Source: Octopus vulgaris
Lineage: Eukaryota
Assembly: GCA_951406725.2 (NCBI GenBank)
Contig: OX597822.1
Span: 16,492,001-16,556,000, forward strand
DNA: 64,000 nucleotides
Direction of reading: 5' to 3'
Part shown: positions 52,583-64,000 of the stretch, piece by piece
Layout of the letters: each line of letters starts with the position of its first letter
How positions within the stretch are numbered: position 1 is the stretch's first letter
Translations under genes and position numbers: made by a program
Notes under the pieces: model-generated
What the model saw: only the letters and a program-made list of their open reading frames with translations
Told to the model about the DNA's origin: nothing
The model's database searches: none

Positions 52583-53054
52583 GATATGGATGGAATTCAG
52601 AGTAGACTGTCGGAATTTGATAAGATATACTCACACACACACATACACACACGCACACACACGCATACATATATCCATATCCATTTTGCATATACCTTTA
52701 TACATACGTGAACATATATGTATGCATGTATACGTCTATGAATGTATAATTAGTTCCACTTGAATAAAAGTTAAAAATATAAAGGAAACGCTAAATTTAT
52801 CTGAACCTAACAGCATGCTGCCAACGCTGTAAGACATTATAAAAGAATTTATAAATAAACAGAAATTAGCCCACAATACATAACTACTTACAGAAGTCAG
52901 TAAACAATAATTTTTGAGTAGTCTATAGTTTATCAGAAACTATAATTTGTCATAAACTATAATTTTTCAGGAGAAAAAACTTTTAAATTAAAATTATGCA
53001 TACAAATATTAAATATAGATATATATAAAGGCTTTTTGAGAAATATATATATAC

Positions 53055-53099
<45 letters not shown>

Positions 53100-53289
53100 G
53101 AGAGAGAGAGAAATATACTTATATTTATATGCAAGTATATTCATATATAAATGCACATAAACACAAATATATATACGTATGCATCATTGCATTATAAATA
53201 TATATATATATATATACAAACATACGTGCATACGTACAAGCACACATGGGCGCACACACATACACGAACACCCAAACACACACACACAT

Positions 53290-53376
<87 letters not shown>

Positions 53377-53517
53377 TCTATATATACAACAGCAAAAGGA
53401 ACAAAATATGAGATTTATATTATGGTTAAAAGAATGTTTCTATATTTTGTGTGTTACAAGTATCATTAAGTTGAAAGATTTAGTCATCCTGAAATAAAAG
53501 AAAACTTTCATTCCTAC

Positions 53518-53554
<37 letters not shown>

Positions 53555-54108
53555 GAGTGAGAGAGCAGTGCATGCCATGAAAGTGACACTGGGGTAAAAT
53601 ATACGAAGCCCAGTATAGCCATCATGACGACCCGTCTGATAAGGGTACACCAGGCACATGCATCACAACCATATGTGCGCGACATGGTGCTCTCATAAAA
53701 AGATAAACAGCACATGACCTTGCAGGTGGAGCCCAGTTAGAATTTTCTTCAGATCGAGTAACCCATCCCGCTCAAAAGGTCCCTGAATAAGGGTTGTTTA
53801 AGGACGTTGAACGAAACACCTATGTTTCCAGAGGTGAATTATTCAAACCCCAAAGAATCCTTCTCAACACATGGCTATGATGCTCCCCCACTACTTCTGC
53901 TTTTGATCAGAGATGCACGTATCGTCAGCCACAAAGGGACATGCTCAACTGGTTAAGGTCAAACAACTGACAAGCAGATCTGTGGTATTGAGCAGAATAT
54001 TTGCCGAAGCCCATCTTTTATACCAAAACAAAACAATGTACATGATAACACTTCCAATCAGTTAAGATCAGAAGCCATGAGAGCCACTGCCTGGTACTGC
54101 ATCAGGGC

Positions 54109-54110
<2 letters not shown>
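53555..54110 (-). mobile_element. ~550-bp (AAT)n-embedded element, copy 2
   Basis: Reverse complement of 7089-7632; (TTA)n at 53519-53554 and 54111-54188. Confidence 0.85.
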
Positions 54111-54183
<73 letters not shown>

Positions 54184-54330
54184 CATTAGAAAAACGTGAA
54201 CCGCCAGAACCGATATCATGAAAGATTAATGCAATTTTATTACAATTCTATCCCCCTTTTATTTCATGCCTAAGTCATCTTTTTTATGTGATATAAAGGA
54301 GTACCATATTTTGATAAAACTATGGTGATA

Positions 54331-56074
54331 TCTCTCTATATATAAAACTGAGAATATGTGTCTGTATGTCTGTCTGTCTGTTTCCCTAAAACTTGAGAAC
54401 TACACAACCAATTTCATTCAAATTGTACACATGCCTTACTTAGGGTCCGGGGAGTGTTATCGGCAAAAATCATTTTCAACTTTTTGCCTAGGGCGTGCCC
54501 ACAACAATATCATATCTTCTCCAATATGATTCCCTAAAACTTGAGAACTACACAACCAATTTCATTCAAATTTTACACATGCCTTACTTAGGGTCCATGT
54601 AGTTTCATGAGCAAAGAAAATGTTCAACTTCTTGCCTAGGGCGAGCCCATAGCAATATCATATCTTCTCCACTATTTCAGTATTACGTGTTAAAAGTGAA
54701 ACAAAAACATTTCTTTATTTTATGTCAGATACTTTCACCTTAACAATAAAAATTAGATATAATAATAACAATTGAATTATATGTAGTAAGTAATAATTAA
54801 TATCAAACTAAAGTATAATATAATAATTAAATCGTAACATAACAATTACGAGTAAAAATAGCAAATGGTATAAAATTGCATCAATGACATGAATGGGAAT
54901 AAATTAAAAATAAAATTAGTGTGCAGAAATGAAATAGTCCAGATGGAGCTGTGCACATACCCTTTACCACGGCTTTCACATTAGATTAGATTATCTGCTA
55001 ATTAGCTAGCATTAAGTATCTACATGAAGTTTGGCTGTATGTAATGTCTGTTTTCTCGAACAGCCGCTTCTACTGAGTACTGCTGTTGGCTTATTTCTTA
55101 TACATAAAGGACTATAGCTTGAACTGTGTACTGATTTTTGATTCACCGTAATGTTTGTTGCTATTATTATTACTGTTTAATTATTGTTATCACGTTTGTT
55201 GGTTCCTCGTAAGGGAAACGTTGTTGTGTTGCATTTGTTAAATAATTGTAAACCGTAGCCCTCCCCCTTTGGGAGAAGGAGCTTTGGTTATTGTTTAAAA
55301 ATTGAATTGTGTCCCTGTTTGGGGAAATTAACAATATTTTCACAGTTTATACGGAAGCATTTTTGTTAAAATGCCTTCGATAGAAGAAAGTCCAAAAATG
55401 AATTTCGCTGCAGCCGTCGGCGGGCGCGAACTCATTGAAATTAAAATGGAAGAAATACAAACCTATTTCGGATTGATCACCGACAAAGACGGTGAATCTA
55501 GGATAATACCACCAAACGAAATAAAAAATTAAATTGAAGAAAATACTATTGTCTATAAAGTATACAATGTAGAGAAAAAAAGATTTGAACACCTGGAGGA
55601 AAGCACCATCGAAAAGTGTCTTGGTTTGACTATGAAAGATATCAAGTATCTAACCAAAGGCTGTAAACTCGCCACAATAGAAGCAAGGTTCGAGTCAACG
55701 GAGCGTGCAAGGCAATACTCGACTCGAACCTTGCAAAGTGGAAATATTTTATTTTTACCTTTATATCTGGGACGTAGGACGTCCCGGATAAAAATTAAAA
55801 TGGTCCCCACTGAAGTAGAGGTAGACTGGATTGTAGCCACACTTCTATACAAGAGGGAGGACAAGGTACAATTGATCGAAATTGCAAGAGACGGGCCTAC
55901 AATTCCAGTCTGTTATATATTTTGAGTATTGTTATCACTAGCGATATAACTTTGTATTTTGTATTTTATGCGTAGATGTATATATATAGATGTACATGTA
56001 ATATGTACACATATATATACACATATATACATGCACTAGCACTATGACCCGTCGTTGCCGGGTCATAATGCTAG
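54331..56074 (+). mobile_element. Non-autonomous Helitron
   Basis: Starts a|TCtctctatatataaaa with a subterminal (CTGT)n and ends with hairpin tatgacccg..cgggtcata plus CTAG|t; A|T insertion site, no TSD. Internal ~142-bp tandem duplication (54382-54523 / 54530-54671). Confidence 0.75.
55446..55925 (+). pseudogene. Captured ORF 5' fragment, possibly LINE (Tx1/L1) ORF1, one premature stop
   Basis: MEEIQTYFGLITDKDGESRIIPPNEIKN*IEENTIVYKVYNVEKKRFEHLEESTIEKCLGLTMKDIKYLTKGCKLATIEARFES...LPLYLGRRTSRIKIKMVPTEV in a single frame; family assignment tentative. Confidence 0.45.
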
Positions 56075-56133
56075 TCCACGATAAAGTTCTCATAACATTT
56101 TCTTCTCTTTTTTCATGTTAATTTATACTAATT

Positions 56134-56525
56134 GGTCGAGCTGGCAGAATCGTTAGCACGCGAGACAAAATGGTTTAAAGCATTTCGTCCGTCTAACGTT
56201 CTGAGTTCAAATTCCTCTGGGTTTGACTTTGCCTTTCTTTCGTAATCGATAAAAGAAGAACCAGTTGAGCACAGGATACGATGTGATTGACTTACCGCTT
56301 CCCCTAAATTTCTGGCCGCCTTCAGCAAAATCTGAAACCGGTATTAATTTATTCGTGTAGCAGAAACGTTAGCACGCCGAGCAAATGTTTAACGCCATTC
56401 CGTCTGTCTAACATTCTGAGTTGAAATTCTGCTGAGGTCGACTTTATCTTTTATCCTTACTCAGTTGATAACTTAAGTACCAGTTAAGCCCTGGGATCGA
56501 TATAATAGACATACCCTTCCTTCAA
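56134..56525 (+). mobile_element. Two tandem SINE family A copies
   Basis: cgagctggcagaatcgttagcacg (56136) and gcagaaacgttagcacgccg (56360), each with the gagttcaaatt-type B box and core. Confidence 0.82.
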
Positions 56526-56526
56526 A

Positions 56527-57950
56527 ATGGCAATAGATGATGTAGGCGCAAACCCACTTGCTGGCCCCGATGGATTCCCAGCAACACTTTTGCAGTCATA
56601 CAAACGTGTCCTAGCAAACATCAGAAGGTTTTTTTTTCAGAGTTTCCCTGCAAATGGTAAGCTCCCGAGCAAACTGAAGGAGGGAATAATCTGCTTTATT
56701 CATAAAAGAGGAAGCAGAGCACATGCTAAAAACTACAGGCCTATCTCTCTGACTTCACATATTTGCAAAGTCATGGAACGACCTGTCCGAAAGAAATTAA
56801 TTGCAATCTCTGAAGAGAATGACTTGCTGACAGACACCCAGCACAGTTTCAGACCAGTAGAAGCTGCCTCATACGGCTATTGCAGCATTACGACTGGCTG
56901 CCAAAGCAGCTGCTCCACAACTCAAATGTAGATGGGATACATCTCGACTTTGCAAAAGCTCTTGACAAAGCCGATCACATGACATGATATGTCACGAAGA
57001 ATGGCTACGTTACTTCCTAAAAGATAGAAGTCAGGTAGTAGTGGCCAACGGAGCTGTCTCACAGGAAACACAAATACTGGCTGGTGTTCCAAAGGGCATT
57101 GTCTTGGGAGCTACTGCTATTCATAGAAACTCCCTCAGACAAACCCCCAGCTGCTCGGGAAGTCACTTTGCTAGCTATGCAGATGATATGCATGTCCCTC
57201 AAGGATACAGAAACCTGGAGACGTTGCGCCTCTGCAACGAGAATTGAACGCAATATACAGATGGTCTGATGAAAATAAAAACACACGAAACTCAATGAAA
57301 AGTAGACAATATACACTGGCCCAGGAGGGATTGCGTTCCTTGAGTCAAAATCAGGGCGTGACATGGGCATCGAGATGAGTAATGATGTATCTTTCCCGGA
57401 TGTATATCACTAAGTTGGCAAAAAATGCAGACGGTTGACCAGATGGATCCTTCGAACTCTCAGAACGAGATAACTGGAAACCATGATGGTCCATGGAGTA
57501 CTTTCGTTATCAGTTGTTTGGATTACTACTCACCACATAGTGTAAAATTAATATCTGAACTCGAAGCAATCCAGCGAAACTACTCAAAGATGTCAGCTAT
57601 TAGGAGAGACTGAAAAAGTTAAGAATCTACTTCGTAGAAGGAAGGTTGGAAACACTCGTATTAACATGAATCTGGATTATCCTACAAGACGTTATGCCAA
57701 GCTTTGGCATTGTCACTTACACAAAGCGCAAAACCCGGGGGCCACAGTAGAGTACCAAAAATCTCAACATTGCCATCAAGATACATGATCAGATACTGTA
57801 ACAGCTTGAGCTTTAAGGGTCCACAACTCTTTAATATCCTCCCCTCAAAGCCTTAGAGACATGCATGGGGTGGTGGCTGGAGACGTCTTCAAAACAAAGC
57901 TGGATCTCCCCCTGTCAAGAGTTCCGAGTGAATATACCTCGTGGCAAGAA
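56527..57950 (+). mobile_element. Decayed CR1-group LINE reverse transcriptase (5'-truncated ORF2)
   Basis: AGPDG, KNYRPISLTSHICKVME, QHSFR, LDFAKALDK, WLRYFLKDRSQ, GVPKG.VLG, YADD, LEAIQR, GPQLFNILP, FKTKLD; multiple frameshifts. Confidence 0.9.
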
Positions 57951-57971
57951 GTGCAATATCAAACTCCCCTC

Positions 57972-58335
57972 GTTCTTTTCTACTCAAGGCACAAGGCTCG
58001 AAATTTTGGAGGAGGGGACCAGTCGATTAGATCGACTCCAGTATGCAACTGGTACATAATTTATCGACCTCGAAAGGGTAAAAGGCAAAGTCGACCTCGG
58101 CGGAATTTGAACTCAGAACGTTCAGACAGAAGAAATACCTATTTCTTTACTACCCACAAAGGGCTAAACACAGAGGGGACAAACAAGGACAGACAAACGG
58201 ATTAAGTCGATTATATCGACCCCGAAAGGATGAAAGGCAAAGTCAACCTCGGCGAAATTTGAACTCAGAACATAGCGGCGGATGAAATACCGCTATGCAT
58301 TTCGCCCGGCGTGCTAACGTTTCTGCCAGCTCGCA
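57972..58335 (-). mobile_element. Fused SINE family A pair
   Basis: A long-tail copy (58136-58335) is joined at gaaatacc to a head-less short-tail copy (57972-58135). Confidence 0.85.
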
Positions 58336-58667
58336 ACCCTTCAAACTCCCCTCATTCACCAACTGTCACACATCAGAGGAGGTTTAGTAAAAGTGTACCA
58401 AAGCAAACGGTGATGCCCCAGCATGGCCACAGCTCTCGAACTGAATCTAGAAAAGAAAAAAGGTATGCACGTGTGTATGTGTATGTGAGTGTGTGTTTAC
58501 ATATGTGTGTACATATATATGCACAAGTGTGTATATACAGATACATGTATGCAGAGGACAGCAAATCACACATTTAGATAGATAGGATAGATATATGGAT
58601 AGATATATAGATAGAGAGAGAGAGGGCGGGACAGACAGACAGACAGACAGACAGACAGGCAGAGATA

Positions 58668-58975
<308 letters not shown>

Positions 58976-59820
58976 TAGGTAGGTGAGTAGGTGAGTAGGC
59001 AGGCATGTTGGTAGGTAGGTGGGTAGGTAGATGGGTTAGGCAGGTAGGTACCTATCAATGCATATGCACAGAGGACTAGTGATGTATGCAGACGTGTAAG
59101 TCTTTGGGTGTGGACATGGTTGTGTGCTTGTACGCGTATGTTTGTGTGTATGTGCGTATGTGGTGCATATGTGAGGCTGTGTAGATCGTCATATTCACTC
59201 GTTAAACCTCTCGCCGTTTTCATTCGTTGCTTTCTGCTTTCTTCGTTTCTCCAGTCGACACTTTCTCTTTCCTTCTCTTATTCTATTCTAGTTTACTGCA
59301 GCCAAGATGTTCCTCTCTTTAGCAGTCACTCTTCCAAACACGTTTGGCGCACAAATCTATCTCTCACTCTTCACTTGCAGCTTATCTCATTGATGCAACC
59401 ATTCGCCTACTCTCTCCCTCTCTTTTCCTCTCCCTCTATCTCTCTATCTATCTCTCTCGTTATGAATCGCCTCCACTCATTATACATTTCTACTTGTTAA
59501 TTCGCCGCTCCGCCTACGCATATATTCCGTTGCATCATGATATCGGCTTCAAACATTCACTCGAGCAGCGATGCGTTTATTCCCTCCACACCAAATCGAC
59601 AACACACACACACAACCAACACGCACAGAGAATGGAACAACGCACGTGCAGAGAAGAGAGCAGTGGTGTGTGCAAGCGTGTAAGTTGAGTGTAGACGTGG
59701 TTGTATGCATGCACATTCATACGTGTGTGTGTGTGTGTGTGTGGTGTATATATGTGTGAGAATGTGTAGGTATTTATGTGTGCGTGTATATATATATACA
59801 TATATATATATATACGTATA

Positions 59821-59880
59821 CTCGTTTACTCTCTTACTTGTTTCAGTCATTTGACTGCGGTGATGCTGGAGCACCGCCTT
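59821..59880 (-). mobile_element. SINE family B 3' end fragment
   Basis: ttacttgtttcagtcatttgactgcggtgatgctggagcaccgccttt. Confidence 0.75.
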
Positions 59881-59981
<101 letters not shown>

Positions 59982-60012
59982 TAAACATATATCTATATAT
60001 AAACATATACGC

Positions 60013-60047
<35 letters not shown>

Positions 60048-60114
60048 AAGCGAGAGAGAGAAAGAAATATAGACGCACATACATAAATATTTCTACATTA
60101 TATACACACACACA

Positions 60115-60180
<66 letters not shown>

Positions 60181-60237
60181 TGTATACACATATAAATATA
60201 AACACACATGTATATATATAAATAAATTTATACACAA

Positions 60238-60238
60238 A

Positions 60239-60335
<97 letters not shown>

Positions 60336-60336
60336 T

Positions 60337-60368
<32 letters not shown>

Positions 60369-60392
60369 AACTGAGCGAGAGAGAGAGAGAGA
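60238..60392. repeat. (GA)n microsatellite
   Basis: Direct reading. Confidence 0.95.
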
Positions 60393-60647
60393 AACAAAGA
60401 CGAACAGCAGCAGCAGCATTTAAGCTATTTTCGCATTATTAAACCATTTTGTTAGCATTATTTCCTCGGGTAATATATTCCACATTAAAAATGTCTCCGT
60501 AAATTGTCTTTTTATCGAATGCTTGCATTCCCGGCAAGTTTGCGTCTTCCTCTTTCTCCATATGTTAACAAAAAGAAATATGCTAAAGTTGGTTTGTGTC
60601 TTACCATGAGTATGTCATTCTGAGCCACAAGCATGATCATATATTTA

Positions 60648-60667
60648 TATAGATAGATAGATAGATG

Positions 60668-60758
<91 letters not shown>
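60648..60758. repeat. (GATA)n microsatellite
   Basis: Direct reading. Confidence 0.96.
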
Positions 60759-60759
<1 letters not shown>

Positions 60760-61599
60760 TGTGTGTATGTGTGTGTGAATATGTACATGTTTGTGTGTGA
60801 ATTCAAAGAGGAAAAAATGAGGAAAAGAAACAAGAAACGGTGAGAAAGCGAGAGTAGGACAGGTGTGTGATAGATATGCATGTATATGTGTGTGCGTGTT
60901 GTTTTATGCATGGTGTGCTTGTGTCTGTATATATGCATGCACACACGAAGCACATGCATGTGTGTGCGTCTGAGATGTGTCTATGCATGTGTGCATGAAA
61001 GAAAGGCAATGGTTGAATGCATTCGAAGTTCGTGCGTGCGTAAAGACGCTGATTTCATTTGAAGAACAGTATGAAGAAATAAACCTCTGGCAACAGGTAT
61101 GATTATCACATCAGTCAGCTGGTAACGTTAGTTCATGAAATATAAGGTAGAGTTAGTTATAAAGTCACATGGCATCGATATTTATTTCCTCGCCAGTCTA
61201 ATCATTTTCTTCCATTTATGCAACAAATATTGTTATGCGAGTTACAACTGGTTTCAAGTAATTGACCTCTGTAAAACACCCACATTAGTCGAGCATGATG
61301 GAATAAGAAATGACCCTACTGACTCATGAAAATAATTTTATAACCCTTTTTAAGGTTTTCTTACATGAAGCCAGTTGTGGCCCTCACATCAATTAATTGT
61401 TTCATACCCATTAATACGATATTTTGGTTGAGGTTTTTTATCATTGATGGACCGTATTGCAGACATAGTAACTAAATTATCTCAGCTGTACCAGGGGTGG
61501 CTCCAGAAGCGTGTGCCTGGCCCCTAACTACTCTCCGAAGGAAAGACAAGCCAACAGGCTTACAGCACTTAAATAAGTTCATAGACGAGTTAACAGAGT

Positions 61600-61832
61600 C
61601 TATTTCTTTACTACCCACAAGGGGCTAAACACAGAGAGGACAAACAAGGACAGACAAACGGATTAAGTCGATTATATCGACCCCAGTGCATAACTGGTAC
61701 TTATTTAATCGACCCCGAAAGGATGAAAGGCAAAGTCGACCTCGGTGGAATTTTAACTCAGAACGTAGCGACAGACGAAATACCGCTAAGCATTTCGTCC
61801 GGCGTGCTAACGAGTCTGCCAGCTCGCCGCCT
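61600..61832 (-). mobile_element. SINE family A, long-tail subtype, full length
   Basis: Near-identical to the reverse complement of 50770-50998; flanked by duplicated ttaacagagtc. Confidence 0.92.
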
Positions 61833-62444
61833 TAAGATTTAACAGAGTCGTTAGCGGGTCGGACAGAATATTTTGCGGTGTGTACTCCAGCTCTCAACCC
61901 TTTCATTTCAAATTCCACTTAGTTCGACTTTACCTGATAGACAGGACTCAAGTCAGGCTCTTTCCTCTACAGCTAAACCATTATAAATTTTATTACGTTT
62001 TATTAAGAAATACATGTAGAAGTGCATGTAGAAGAAATACATGTAGAAGTTCAAAAATGAATGAGAGTGCCGGTATAACCCGGTTGAATTGGTTTTCTCT
62101 CAGAATGTGCCAGTTTTCATGTATACGACCTAAAGCGGCATTTTATTTTGCAATCATTTTAAATGCCGTACTCTGAGTGCGTTATTATGGTATTCTTTCT
62201 ATATTATATATAAAATGCATCAATGGTGTAGCAGTCCCAGTAATACATGAGCGATAGGATTTCGACTGCTGCCTAAGGAGCCCAGAACGACAAAACAGGA
62301 AGGCAAGAAAAGTAATGACTGCATAGAATTGACCAACCAAAAGTTGAATGCTATATTTATCATAGCTACAAGGAGGTAGGAGCTTCAGGAAACGATTATG
62401 AAATAATCTTTGCATGTGACGCTGGTCCTTTGAAAACTTCAAGG

Positions 62445-62645
62445 CGAGCAATTCTGAAAGGCGGTGACAAGTCGCTTACATCGAACCGGGTTCTTAATAT
62501 TGTACGTTATTTTATTTTATCGACGCCGAAGGGACGAGAGACAAAGTTGAACACGACAGGATTTGAACTCGGAAGGTACAGCTTCAAAAGGAACCCTATA
62601 AAACATCCTGTCCAACGTCCTAACTATTCAGCCATCTCGCCGCCA
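62445..62645 (-). mobile_element. SINE family A, diverged
   Basis: ttacatcgaac...attttatcgacgccgaaggg...ggatttgaactcgga...ccatctcgccgcc. Confidence 0.65.
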
Positions 62646-62899
62646 TGTTTTACGGTTTACTTTCAGTTTTCTTATTTCTTTTCTATATTTTATTCTTGTT
62701 TTATATATTTGGGTGTAGTTTACATTCCGAATAATTTGACTTTTGTTGTTTGTTTTGTGATCGCTACTTTTCTTTATGCATTCTTCCTTCTAAAGCCTAC
62801 CATTTCGATTCCGATATCACTTTATGCCCTGAAAATGTATCGTCGCAGGTTAGTTGCTCAGCTGGGATCCAAAGTTGCCACGTTTAAGTAAATCAGCGT

Positions 62900-63245
62900 T
62901 GCTTCCTGGTCACGAAGAAAGCAAAAAGAAAGTTCTCGGTATTTGTGATGTGGTTGAGTTGGAATGTTGGTAGAATCGTTGATACAAGCACCCAAGTGTG
63001 TGCATCTACTCACATAAGAATCTCAGATGGAGAATTTTTGCAATGCCTTGCAAATCCTCAATGTGTCCCTAATAGATTGGATTTGAGGAATCCGTGTCAG
63101 TTTCTTTTGCACTTTTTCCGTGAAACCCAGTATTCCAAGGTCTTTGTGCAATCTAATGATGATAGATACAAACGGGAATTCAAGTCAGGGCGCAAGAGCC
63201 GAAAGTTCCGCATTAATTCACCATAAATATTCTCTTGTTTCTTTT
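62900..63245 (-). mobile_element. Third RLE-type LINE 3' fragment
   Basis: ENIYGELMRNFRLLRPD/FVSIII/LHKDLGILGFTEKVQKKLTRIPQIQSIRDTLRICKALQKFSI* resembles the K..Y..L...PIIIG...LQ..SI.GT..I end of R2/R4-group ORFs. Confidence 0.6.
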
Positions 63246-63371
63246 GACTGTGCATTTATGCATGTATGCATGTGTGTATGTATGTATGTATGTATGTATG
63301 TATGTATGTATGTATGTATGTATGTATGTATGTATGTATGTATAAGGTCGTGAGGGCCACAGCTGGCTTCA

Positions 63372-63633
63372 TTATAGCCTCGGACCGACCAAAACTTTGT
63401 GAGTAGATTTGGTAGATTTGGTAGACGGAAACTGAAAGAAGCCCGTCGTATATATGTATATGTATATATATGTGTGTGTGTGTCTGTGTGTCTGTGTGTG
63501 TCCACCCCCAGCATCGCTTGACAATCGATGCTGGTGTGTATACGTCCCCATAACTTAGCGGTTCGGCAAAAGAGACCGATAGAATAAGTACTAGGCGTAC
63601 AAGAATAAGTCCTTAGGGCGATTTGCTCGACTA
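63372..63633 (+). mobile_element. SINE family B, internal portion
   Basis: Homologous to 22395-22665. Confidence 0.87.
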
Positions 63634-63646
63634 CATTGTGCGTATA

Positions 63647-63696
<50 letters not shown>

Positions 63697-64000
63697 TACA
63701 CGAGTGCACCAAACAACACGCGTGCGTATACTTACCTTTTCGCGGCTGCTTGTATGAGCGAGTGTACACGCGCCATGCAGCTTGCGCGAGGGCGTTTATA
63801 CATCCATATCTGTTAACGGTTATTTTTCATACCTTTATCGCTGTATTGCGTGTTCGTTTCTCTTTTCGCCATCTGTGATTTTATTCTTGATCTTCTATGT
63901 AATTGAAGATTTTCCCTTCGTTATGCTGCTTTTCTTTCTACGAAATGAGAAGTTATATTACGGAACTGTTGTTGCAATGAGTTGTGTCTATTTATCACCC

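Noticed and set aside
63014-63152. Minus-strand exon suggested by a GTGAGT donor
   Set aside because: All frames hit stops; the sequence is better explained as an RLE LINE 3' end.

Overview
AT-rich eukaryotic (animal) genomic DNA, intergenic or intronic and dominated by repeats. The SINE families and the microsatellite load ((TA)n, (AAT)n, (TAG)n, (GATA)n) look like a coleoid cephalopod, most likely Octopus; this is an inference from recognition, not a database result. No intact multi-exon host gene is evident, and most ORFs in the track are microsatellite translations. Supported content: many copies of three tRNA-type SINE families; decayed LINEs (three R4/Dong-like RLE elements, CR1-like RT, Tx1/L1, RTE fragments); a Penelope-like GIY-YIG remnant; a mariner fragment; and a ~1.7 kb non-autonomous Helitron carrying the 5' end of another ORF. 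The most notable signal is six hammerhead-ribozyme motifs from three repeat families. Two are near-canonical type I hammerheads 505 nt apart in a near-perfect tandem duplication (a retrozyme/circular-RNA-like unit). Three share a non-canonical CUGUNGA-A core. One is a U3-A8 variant downstream of the Penelope endonuclease. Several short inverted duplications, most next to (TA)n tracts, are also present. Repeat boundaries were read by eye and are approximate.
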